Assembly: GCA_035285545.1 (NCBI GenBank)
Contig: JAYKGY010000022.1
Span: 16,245 to 80,244, forward strand
From: Snowella sp.
Lineage (GTDB): Bacteria > Cyanobacteriota > Cyanobacteriia > Cyanobacteriales > Microcystaceae
Length of the DNA stretch: 64,000 nucleotides
Direction: 5' to 3'
Below the pieces are notes generated by a model. It had not been told where the DNA came from, searched no databases, and saw only the letters and a program-made list of their open reading frames with translations. The translations under genes and the position numbers were made by a program. Of the stretch, positions 42,075 to 51,298 are shown in pieces. Within the stretch, counting starts at the first letter, position 1; every line of letters starts with the position of its first letter.

Positions 42075-44465
42075 ATGACTGTAGCCCAATCCGTTCAGCG
42101 CAAATCGAGAAAACATGAAAGTGCCGATAAACACGTTACTGGCCAAGCGGTGTACACCGATGATCAGCGTCTCCCCAGCGATATGCTCCATCTTTGGCCC
42201 GTCCTCTCGACCCAAGCCCACGCCAAATTTACCCTGGATTTAACCCAAGCGGAACAGGTGGATGGCGTTATTACCCTTATCACCGCCACCGATGTGACAG
42301 GGGAAAACGACACGGGGATTATTTTCCATGACGAGGTTTTGTTGCCCATGGATACGGTTAGCTACGCTGGTCAGGCAATTGTTTGGGTTGCTGGGGAAAC
42401 GGAAGCTGCTGCCCGCATCGGAGCCAGTAAAGTCATTGTTAACTACGAAGCGTTAAACCCGATTCTGTCGATTAAAGACGCGATCGCGGCCCATAGCTTT
42501 CATTTAGCTGAACCTGTAGTCATGAGTCGGGGAGAAACCCTCTTTTCCCTAGAAGAATCGGATTATCAACTCGAAGGGGAAATCGAGATGAAGGGGCAGG
42601 ATCATTTCTATCTCGAAACCCAAGCCACTTGGGTGATTCCTGATCAAGAGGGTAATTATCAAGTCTATTGCTCGACTCAGCATCCGAGTGAAACCCAATT
42701 GATTTTAGCCAGAGTCTTGGGAATTCCCCGCAATCGAGTCGTGGTTACCTGTTTACGCATGGGGGGCGGATTTGGAGGAAAAGAAAGTCAAGCCAATCCT
42801 TCGGCCGCGATCGCGATCTTAACGGCTCAAAAAACGGGACGGTCAGCGCGAGTCCGGCTCAAACGGCAACAGGATATGCAAATGACAGGTAAACGTCATG
42901 GCTTTCTGGGAACGTATCGAGTTGGATTTGGGACTGATGGCAAAATTACGGCATTAGGAGTTGATTTATACGCCAATGGGGGCTGGAGCCTCGATTTATC
43001 CTTGCCCGTTTTGCAGCGCGCGCTCTTTCACATTGATAACGCCTATTACATTCCCAACCTCGCCATACGGGGGCAAGTCGCTAAAACCCATACCGTGTCG
43101 AATACAGCCTTTCGCGGTTTTGGTGGGCCGCAAGGGATGGTGATGATCGAAGAAATTATGGATCGCATTGCCCGCCATTTGAATCTACCAGCTGATTTGG
43201 TGCGGGAACGCAATTTTTATTCCGGTCAGGGGGAAACCTGTACCACGCATTACGGGCAAGAAATTCGGGACAATCGCACCTTTAAGGTCTGGGATCAGGC
43301 AAAAATTAATTCTAACTTCCATAAACGAAAAGAAGAAATTAAAGCCTTTAACCGAGCCAATGCCTACAAAAAACGCGGAATTGCTATTACCCCCGTAAAA
43401 TTTGGGATTTCCTTTACTAAAACTGAATATAACCAGGCAGGGGCGTTTATTTTAATTTATCTTGATGGCAGTATTCAACTCAATCATGGCGGAACGGAAA
43501 TGGGGCAGGGGTTGCATACCAAAATGCTCCAAGTAGCTAGTCAGTCTTTAGGCGTTAGTTTGGATCGTTTTCGGATGATGCCCACCAGTACGGATAAAGT
43601 TCCCAATACTTCGGCAACGGCGGCTTCGAGTGGTTCCGACCTCAATGGGCAGGCAGTGAAAAATGCCTGTGATGTTCTCAAAGAACGGTTGGCTCCGGTT
43701 GCGACAAAATTACTCAATCTCTACGCGCCAGAAGAATTAGTATTTGAAGACGAATGGGTTTATTGTGCAGGCCATCCCCGCGATCGCGTCCGGTTTGATG
43801 AGGTCATTCAACAGGCGTATTTGGATCGGGTAAGCTTGTCGGCTACGGGCTATTATCGAACCCCTAATATTTACTTTGATTTCCAAACGGGTAAAGGCCG
43901 TCCTTTCTATTATTTCTGCTATGGTGCGGCGGTTAGCGAAGTTGAAATTGATGGCTTTACGGGAACCTTTAAACTGCGTGGCGTTGATATTGTGCAGGAT
44001 GCGGGGGAATCCCTTAATCCGCTGATCGACAAGGGACAAATTGAAGGTGGCTTTGTGCAAGGGCTGGGCTGGCTGACGATGGAAGAACTGGTTTGGGATG
44101 ATCACGGTCGATTACGCACCGATGCCCCTAGCACCTATAAAATTCCCACCATTAGCGAAATTCCCGAACATTTTGAAGTACATCTCTTACAACGGGCTGC
44201 CCAGGATGGCGTGATCTTTGGCTCTAAGGCGGTGGGAGAACCTCCCTTTATGTTGGCCATTTCAGTACGCGAGGCCCTTCGAGATGCGATCGCGGCTTTC
44301 GGTGATACTCAATATGTTCCCTTAATGTCACCTGCGACTCCTGAAGCGATTTTAACGGCGATCGATTGGGTGAGAGAAAACAGTCATGCAGCTACGGTTT
44401 CCCCCCTAACCAGAGAACTGGCATTTCCCTTAAACGACCAGAACCCAGTGTACAAAAAAAGCTGA
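42075..44465 (+). CDS. xdhB: Xanthine dehydrogenase molybdopterin-binding subunit
   Basis: QDHFYLE, STQHP, GGGFGGKESQ, AFRGFGGPQG, GGTEMGQGL, SKAVGEPP. Confidence 0.95.
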   Translation: MTVAQSVQRKSRKHESADKHVTGQAVYTDDQRLPSDMLHLWPVLSTQAHAKFTLDLTQAEQVDGVITLITATDVTGENDTGIIFHDEVLLPMDTVSYAGQAIVWVAGETEAAARIGASKVIVNYEALNPILSIKDAIAAHSFHLAEPVVMSRGETLFSLEESDYQLEGEIEMKGQDHFYLETQATWVIPDQEGNYQVYCSTQHPSETQLILARVLGIPRNRVVVTCLRMGGGFGGKESQANPSAAIAILTAQKTGRSARVRLKRQQDMQMTGKRHGFLGTYRVGFGTDGKITALGVDLYANGGWSLDLSLPVLQRALFHIDNAYYIPNLAIRGQVAKTHTVSNTAFRGFGGPQGMVMIEEIMDRIARHLNLPADLVRERNFYSGQGETCTTHYGQEIRDNRTFKVWDQAKINSNFHKRKEEIKAFNRANAYKKRGIAITPVKFGISFTKTEYNQAGAFILIYLDGSIQLNHGGTEMGQGLHTKMLQVASQSLGVSLDRFRMMPTSTDKVPNTSATAASSGSDLNGQAVKNACDVLKERLAPVATKLLNLYAPEELVFEDEWVYCAGHPRDRVRFDEVIQQAYLDRVSLSATGYYRTPNIYFDFQTGKGRPFYYFCYGAAVSEVEIDGFTGTFKLRGVDIVQDAGESLNPLIDKGQIEGGFVQGLGWLTMEELVWDDHGRLRTDAPSTYKIPTISEIPEHFEVHLLQRAAQDGVIFGSKAVGEPPFMLAISVREALRDAIAAFGDTQYVPLMSPATPEAILTAIDWVRENSHAATVSPLTRELAFPLNDQNPVYKKS

Positions 44466-44672
44466 GAAACCCAGTCTGCGGTGCATTTTTAAACGGCCCA
44501 TAACAAGGGGTTGAAGTTTAGCGGTACCAGGCTTTTAGCTCAGATTTTCAATCCTATCCCCCCTAGCCCTGTCTGGCTCAGGAGAAAAGCGGTTGGCGAG
44601 GGGATTAACTCAGGGAAGACTTTTGAATTAAAGTAAGGACAGATTATTTTTCCTGAAATTGGCAAAATTTCC

Positions 44673-47486
44673 GTGAGGAAAATGAAAATTGATGCTCCGT
44701 TAACCCAAGAAACTCAACACATTCTCCTGTCTCTGGCCGCGATCGCCGAAGCGGTGGTCTGTCTGGATTCCCAGGGAAACCTCATTTGGTGCAATTCTGC
44801 GTTAGAAAAACTTTTGGGATTAAACGCCGCTTTGCTGCTGGGTCAGCCCTTTAGCCACTTGTTTCCACTCTATCAGCACCAATTCCTTTTACCGTTTCAT
44901 CAGTATCCCCATTGCTTAATTCAATCCGGTACCTATTCCCCCCAACAGTATGAATTCTCCGGTGTTGCTGACCGTTTCCTAAATCGCGATCGCCCGCTCA
45001 CCCCTCATCTCAATCTCGAAATTTCAGGTTTTCTGACCCAAGAGCAGGGATTCATTCTGATTATTCGTCCTTTAACGACCGACCTCCCAGGCAATCATCC
45101 GCTTCTTGATGACGGAGAAACCGCGATCGCGCAACGAAATCTCGGAAAATCCCAGCAATTATTGAATACGGTGATGGAACACATTGACCAAGCGATGGTG
45201 GTCACCGATCAGGATTTTCGAGTGGTTTTGTTTAATCAGCAATTTAAAACCCTATTTAACTTTAGTGATGAAGATTTATTCATCGGTATTGCCTTTGAAG
45301 ATCTTCTCAGACTGTGGGCCAATCGTTTTCAGCAACCCCCAGAAATGCTGGAAAAAGCGATCCGAGAACTATCCATAACGGAATCTTTTGTTTTCCAACA
45401 TCCCCAATTTTCCCCGACGACGGGCCAACGCTGGATTGAACTGTCTCACAATCCCTTACCCACTGGGGGATTTGTCCGAACCTTTACCGATATTAGCGAT
45501 CGCAAATAAGCCGAAGAAACCTTAAAATTTAATGCCCAGGTAGATAAGCTCCTCAGCCAAATTGCCCACCATTTAATGGATCCCAATATTCAAACCGGTA
45601 TCACCGCCAGCCTGAGGAGAGTCGCTGAATTCTTTCAAGCCGAACGCATTTCCTTTGTTGAATATAGCCCCGATCAAACAACCTATCATCTCGTAGAACA
45701 ATGGCATAATCCCAAGGTTTGGTCGTTTTCTAGCCAGGCCCAATCCGGTGAAGTTGCCCTCGCGTTTTGGTTTCATGATCAAATTCTACGAAAACAAGTC
45801 ATTAAAATTACCTCTTTGGATGAAATTCCTGAAATTGCCGAGAAAGCGCGGTGTTTTTGCGAACAAGAAGGTATTCGTTCCTTTATGGCAGTTCCCATGA
45901 TTCACGCGAATCAAGTATTAGGCTGTTTAGTGGTAGATGTTCTGCTGAGTCAAAAGTATTGGCAAGATCAGGATGTTCACCTCTTGCAACGGGTTGCGGA
46001 ATTAATTGCAATGGGGAGAGCCAAAGCGAAAGCAGAATTAGCCCTGAGAGAAGCAAAAGAGGCCGCAGAAAGTGCAAACCGAGCCAAAACCACCTTTTTG
46101 GCCAACATGAACCATGAACTACGCACGCCCTTAAATGCCATTTTAGGATTTACCCAACTTCTGGAACGGGAACCTTTTCTCAAAGCCGAACAACGGAATT
46201 CCATTAATATTATCAATCGCAGTGGAAAACATTTGCTCGGTCTGATTAATGATGTGCTGGAAATGTCCAAAATTGAAGCCGGAAAAATTCAACTGGTGGC
46301 TCAGACCTTTGATTTGTCCCAACTTCTGCAATCTTTACGGGATATGTTCCAGTTTCGCGCTCAGGAAAAAGGATTATCGCTGACATTTCACTGTGCCCCG
46401 AATACCCCTCAATATATCCGGACAGATGAGGTCAAATTACGGCAAGTTTTAATTAATCTATTAGGTAATGCCTTTAAATTTACAGAAAAGGGCTATATTA
46501 CCCTCCGATGTCAGGTTTTAGACGGTCAACAAAACAATCGTTGTCTCCGGTTTGAAGTGGAAGATACGGGCTTAGGAATTGCCCCGGAAGAAATGCGGGG
46601 ATTATTTGAACCGTTCGTGCAAACTCAAAGCGGCATCAAAACTAAGGAAGGAACAGGGCTAGGATTGTCTATCAGCCGACAATTTGTGCAGTTAATGGGG
46701 GGAAAACTCGAAGTCGTTAGTCAGGTGGGAGAAGGCTCGCGATTTTATTTCACCATTCAAGCAGAACTCCCCCAATCTTCTAGCCCGGAATTGGAAAAGC
46801 CCGTAACCAAGCGAGTGATGGGGCTGGCGGATCCGCAAACGGATTATCGCCTATTGATTGTGGATGACCATGCCGAAAGTTGTCAATTAATGAAACAACT
46901 GCTCGAAAAGGTCGGTTTTTGTACCCAAGTGGCGATGAGTGGGGCGGCGGCGATTACGGTCTGGCAAGAGTGGAAACCCCATTTAATTTGGATGAAGATG
47001 AAAATGCCCCCGATGGATGGCTATGAGGCAACCCGTTTAATTCGATGGCGAGAAAGTTCGAGTAAGTCTTCGTTTGCGACCAAAATTATTGCATTAACGG
47101 CCAATCCTTTTGATAATGAGGCTTCGTTAATGTTGGGGGCGGGATGTGATGACATTATCTGTAAACCTTTTCAGGAAGAATTACTGTTTCAGAAGATTTC
47201 TCGCCATTTGCCGGTTTCCTATCAGTATGAAAATCTATCGCTGTCTAGTCCGGCAAACTCCTCTCATTCGGCGTTAATGACTTCGATTGCTCCCCATTCG
47301 CTGAAAATAATGCCCGAAACTTGGCGAGTTGCCCTATCTCAATCGGCTTTAGCGGTTGATGGTGACCAAATTTTAGCCCTGATTGAGCAAATCCCCCCGG
47401 AACAAGACGCGATCGCCGCTTATTTAAAGTCCTTAGTCAGTAATTTTGACTTTGATCAAATCCTATCCCTCACGGAAATGTCTTAA
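44673..47486 (+). pseudogene. PAS-PAS-GAF-HisKA-HATPase-REC hybrid kinase interrupted by one in-frame TAA (45507-45509)
   Basis: ORFs 44673..45509 and 45576..47486 share a frame; read-through gives DISDRK*AEETLKFNAQVDKLLSQIAHHLMDP (expected DRKQAEE). Confidence 0.8.
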
Positions 47487-47619
47487 TTTTCAGGTTTCAG
47501 GTTAAGCCCAAAAGTCTCTCTCGTTAAAATTTTATTGAGCAAGTAGCCCAAAATAACCGTGAATCGATACACTCTCTTAAAGATGACGAGACAACCTAAC
47601 AATTCAGCAATTTATCGTT

Positions 47620-48183
47620 ATGGCATATTACTGGTTTAAAGCATTTCATTTGATTGGTGTAGTGGTTTGGTTTGCCGGCTTATTTTATCTGGTGCGGCTT
47701 TTTGTTTATCATGCAGAAGCCAATGAACAGCCCGAACCGGCCCAATCCATCCTGAAAAAACAGTATGAATTGATGGAAAAACGCTTGTATAACATTATTA
47801 CTACCCCAGGAATGGCCGTCACCGTAGCAATGGCGATCGGATTAATTTCTACAGAACCTGACATTTTAAAATCGGGTTGGTTGCATATTAAGTTAACCTT
47901 CGTTGGACTGCTCTTGATTTATCACTTTTACTGTGGACGGATTATGAAGCAGTTAGCGGCAGGGGAATCGAAGTGGACAGGACAACAATTTCGAGCCTTA
48001 AATGAAGCTCCAACCATTTTATTAGTCGTCATTGTGTTATTAGCCGTCTTTAAAAATAATTTGCCCCTAGATGCCACCACTTGGTTAATCGTTGCTTTAG
48101 TGATTGCAATGGCTGCTTCCATCCAACTTTATGCCAAGAAACGTCGTAAAGACCAAGAAAAGTTATTAACCAGCAATCAGTAA
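47620..48183 (+). CDS. hemJ: Protoporphyrinogen oxidase HemJ
   Basis: WFKAFHLIGVVVWFAGLFYLVRLFVYH, MEKRL, FRALNEAPT. Confidence 0.95.
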   Translation: MAYYWFKAFHLIGVVVWFAGLFYLVRLFVYHAEANEQPEPAQSILKKQYELMEKRLYNIITTPGMAVTVAMAIGLISTEPDILKSGWLHIKLTFVGLLLIYHFYCGRIMKQLAAGESKWTGQQFRALNEAPTILLVVIVLLAVFKNNLPLDATTWLIVALVIAMAASIQLYAKKRRKDQEKLLTSNQ

Positions 48184-48463
48184 GCGTTAATTTATAGACT
48201 TTTTACAGACTTCAACAGCCATGATTCGGCCAGTAAACATTTTTTGGTCAAGAATTATGGCTAATTTTGTTACCCTACAGCACAAACCTTAAGGCGAAAT
48301 ATCTGTTGTTCCGAATCCGCTAAGTAGATTTTTATAAGATGCGATAAGATTAGGAGGCACTCAAATTCTGAGAGAAAAACTGCGAATTTGATTGTCATAT
48401 TTTACTTTTTACCTTATAAATCAGCTAGAAAATCGGTTTTGATGGCTTAAACGTTCTCTTTCT

Positions 48464-50944
48464 ATGACTTACGAACCGCTCCATCATAAATATCGTCCTC
48501 AAACCTTTGCAGATTTAGTGGGACAAGAGGCGATCGCGACCACGTTGACCAATGCTTTATTGAGTGAGCGGATTGCACCTGCCTATTTATTTACGGGGCC
48601 ACGAGGAACGGGAAAAACCTCTTCTGCACGGATTTTAGCGAAATCTTTAAATTGTATTGCGGGAAATAAACCAACACCGACTCCCTGCGGTCAATGCGAA
48701 GTCTGTCGCGCGATCGCCAGGGGTAATGCCTTGGATGTCATTGAAATCGATGCGGCGAGTAATACAGGGGTAGATAATATTCGAGAAATTATCGAGCGAT
48801 CGCAATTTTCTCCTGTTCAATGTCGTTACAAAGTTTATGTCATAGATGAGTGTCTGACAGGCGATACGCTTGTCTTAACCCATGAAGGATTAAAACGGAT
48901 TGATTCACCCGACTTGAAAGGAAAACAAGTTCTAAGCTACAACGAAATTACTCAATCTTGGGAATATAAACTTGTTACGAGATGGCTTGATCAAGGAAAA
49001 AAACAGACTTTATCGATTAAAACTAATCGTTCTGAAATAAAATGTACTGAAAATCATTTGATCAGGACAGAAGAAGGATGGATCAAAGCAAAAGATCTAA
49101 AAATAGGAATGAAGATCTTATCCCCTGAAAATTTGGAGGAGATCGAGTCTGTAACCCTCGCTGGATGTGAGAATGTTTACGATCTTGAAGTCGAAGATAA
49201 TCATAATTTTGTAGCGAATGGCTTGCTTGTTCACAATTGCCATATGTTAAGTGTGGCAGCTTTTAATGCGTTGTTAAAAACCTTAGAAGAACCGCCTGAA
49301 AGGGTTATTTTTGTACTAGCAACGACCGATCCGCAACGAGTTTTACCGACCATTATTTCCCGTTGTCAACGGTTTGATTATCGACGCATTCCGTTGCCTT
49401 CAATGGTAGGGCATTTACGAAAAATTGCGGATTTAGAAAAGATTAATATTAACGATGAAGCTGTTACCTTGGTTGCCCAAATTGCAAATGGTGGGTTGCG
49501 GGATGCGGAAAGTTTATTAGACCAATTAAGTTTATTGTCGGGAACCGTTGACCCTGAAAAAGTTTGGGATTTAGTGGGAGCCGTCCCTGAACAAGATTTA
49601 TTGGCTTTGTTGAACGCGATCGCGTCGGATAATGCGGAAACCGTTTTAGATTGTTGTCGAAAATTGATGAATCGAGGGCGGGAACCCTTGGTGGTATTGC
49701 AAAACTTAGCGGGATTTTATCTTAATTTATTAATTGCGAAATCAGCCCCCAATCGTTCTGATCTCGTTGCAGTAACCGCTCCCACCTGGCAACAACTCTG
49801 CGCGATCGCGCCTAACTGGGAAACCAACGTCATTTTACAGGGACAGCAACAACTCAAAGAAAGTGAAATCCAATTACGGAATACGACCCAACCGCGCCTG
49901 TGGTTAGAAGTGACCCTACTCAATTTATTGCCCTCTGCCTGTCGTGCGGTGCAATCTACCGTTCAAGTTCAATCTAGTCAGCCGAAAGCCGTTCAGTCTC
50001 ATGCCGTTACTGCAACCCCGCCAACAGTTCCTTCTCCTCCCGTTCAAATTGCGACTCCCAATCCGCCATCAGTTCCTGCCCCCCCGTCTGCACCGCTGGA
50101 AACCGGAGAACCTGATTTACCCCCAGAATCCGTCCCTGAAACTGTTACTACAACGCCATCAGATGCTTCGCTTCCTGACATTTGGCAGGCTGTGTTATCA
50201 CGGCTGATTCCCACGACCCAATCTTTGTTGCGATCGCACGGAAATTTGATCTTACTGGAAGAAAACTATGCCCAAGTCGCCATTAAAAACGAATCCCTGT
50301 TAAGGTTAGTAACGGAAAAACAGGCAGGATTGGAAACCGCTTTTAAGGAGGTTTGTGGTAGAACGATTCGCGTAAAATTCATGATCGGTACGGGCAAGAG
50401 CCAGACTTCCCCTGAACCCCCTCAAGCGCGATCGCCGGTTGTTACAGACTCAATGCCGCCCACTCCCCCAACGCCCGATCCCCCTCTGCCCCCCTCCTCC
50501 CTGGCAACTCCTCCTCCTATTCGTCATAGTCATGGGAGCAATTCCCCCATCCCGACAGACCCCACATTAACCGCCCTTTCTCCCACTTTTCGTCCCACCA
50601 ATACCATTCAGAGCCTTACCCCTCCCCCGAAGCCTACGATTGTCAAGCAAACCCCAGCGATCCCCCCTTCTGATCTAGGGCTAGATTCTGCCTATACCGA
50701 AACGGATTTACAAAAAGCCGCAGAAAGTTTGGCCAAGATCTTTGAAGGAGAGATTGTTGTTTTAGAAGCGGAATTGACTAGCCTTCCAGCGGCAGAGCAA
50801 GAAACCGAGCCAGAAGATAACCATCAATCCGCCCTCTCCTCGGTTAAACTCTCGACCTCACCCGCCGCCGACTCCCCTAAGCCCCGTATCCAAGGTCGCC
50901 CTCACCTAGTCGATATAACCGATGATGAAGATATTCCATTCTGA
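48464..50944 (+). CDS. dnaX: DNA polymerase III subunit gamma/tau, intein-containing
   Basis: HKYRPQTF, GPRGTGKTS, EIDAAS, VIDE|intein|CHML, SRCQ; Pro-rich C-terminal linker. Confidence 0.96.
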   Translation: MTYEPLHHKYRPQTFADLVGQEAIATTLTNALLSERIAPAYLFTGPRGTGKTSSARILAKSLNCIAGNKPTPTPCGQCEVCRAIARGNALDVIEIDAASNTGVDNIREIIERSQFSPVQCRYKVYVIDECLTGDTLVLTHEGLKRIDSPDLKGKQVLSYNEITQSWEYKLVTRWLDQGKKQTLSIKTNRSEIKCTENHLIRTEEGWIKAKDLKIGMKILSPENLEEIESVTLAGCENVYDLEVEDNHNFVANGLLVHNCHMLSVAAFNALLKTLEEPPERVIFVLATTDPQRVLPTIISRCQRFDYRRIPLPSMVGHLRKIADLEKININDEAVTLVAQIANGGLRDAESLLDQLSLLSGTVDPEKVWDLVGAVPEQDLLALLNAIASDNAETVLDCCRKLMNRGREPLVVLQNLAGFYLNLLIAKSAPNRSDLVAVTAPTWQQLCAIAPNWETNVILQGQQQLKESEIQLRNTTQPRLWLEVTLLNLLPSACRAVQSTVQVQSSQPKAVQSHAVTATPPTVPSPPVQIATPNPPSVPAPPSAPLETGEPDLPPESVPETVTTTPSDASLPDIWQAVLSRLIPTTQSLLRSHGNLILLEENYAQVAIKNESLLRLVTEKQAGLETAFKEVCGRTIRVKFMIGTGKSQTSPEPPQARSPVVTDSMPPTPPTPDPPLPPSSLATPPPIRHSHGSNSPIPTDPTLTALSPTFRPTNTIQSLTPPPKPTIVKQTPAIPPSDLGLDSAYTETDLQKAAESLAKIFEGEIVVLEAELTSLPAAEQETEPEDNHQSALSSVKLSTSPAADSPKPRIQGRPHLVDITDDEDIPF
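48851..49237 (+). mobile_element. DnaX mini-intein, 129 aa, no homing endonuclease
   Basis: Block A CLTGDTLV, block B CTENH, block F VYDLEVEDNHNF, block G LVHN followed by +1 Cys. Confidence 0.95.
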
Positions 50945-51298
50945 TTTTTTCCGTTATTTCATCACTCCAGGGCAAGAAAAAAACGAATTCGATTGAGGTC
51001 ATTGAAAAAATTTTACTCTGCTTAAAAAATTGTATATACTGAAGCAGCAAACTAACTAATTCAGTGCAATATGTTTCGGTCAATACATTTTTCACTGGGT
51101 ATTGGCAAGAGAAATCTTCGCTTTTTATAAAACTTTCAATAAACTGTTAGTTAACATTAAATCATTTTTTGAGAGTTGTCCAATGTGAGATGATTAATAG
51201 CACTAATCTTTAATTTATTAATACTCATTCAATAATTGATCATTTATCGAATAAATAACTGAGCCTTCCTTGTTTTGATTCTTAGATAAGCCGTTGTT

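Noticed and set aside
49950..50700. Pro-rich dnaX stretch as a second insertion or frameshift site
   Set aside because: Low-complexity linkers are normal in DnaX, and I saw no clear slippery site with a stimulatory hairpin
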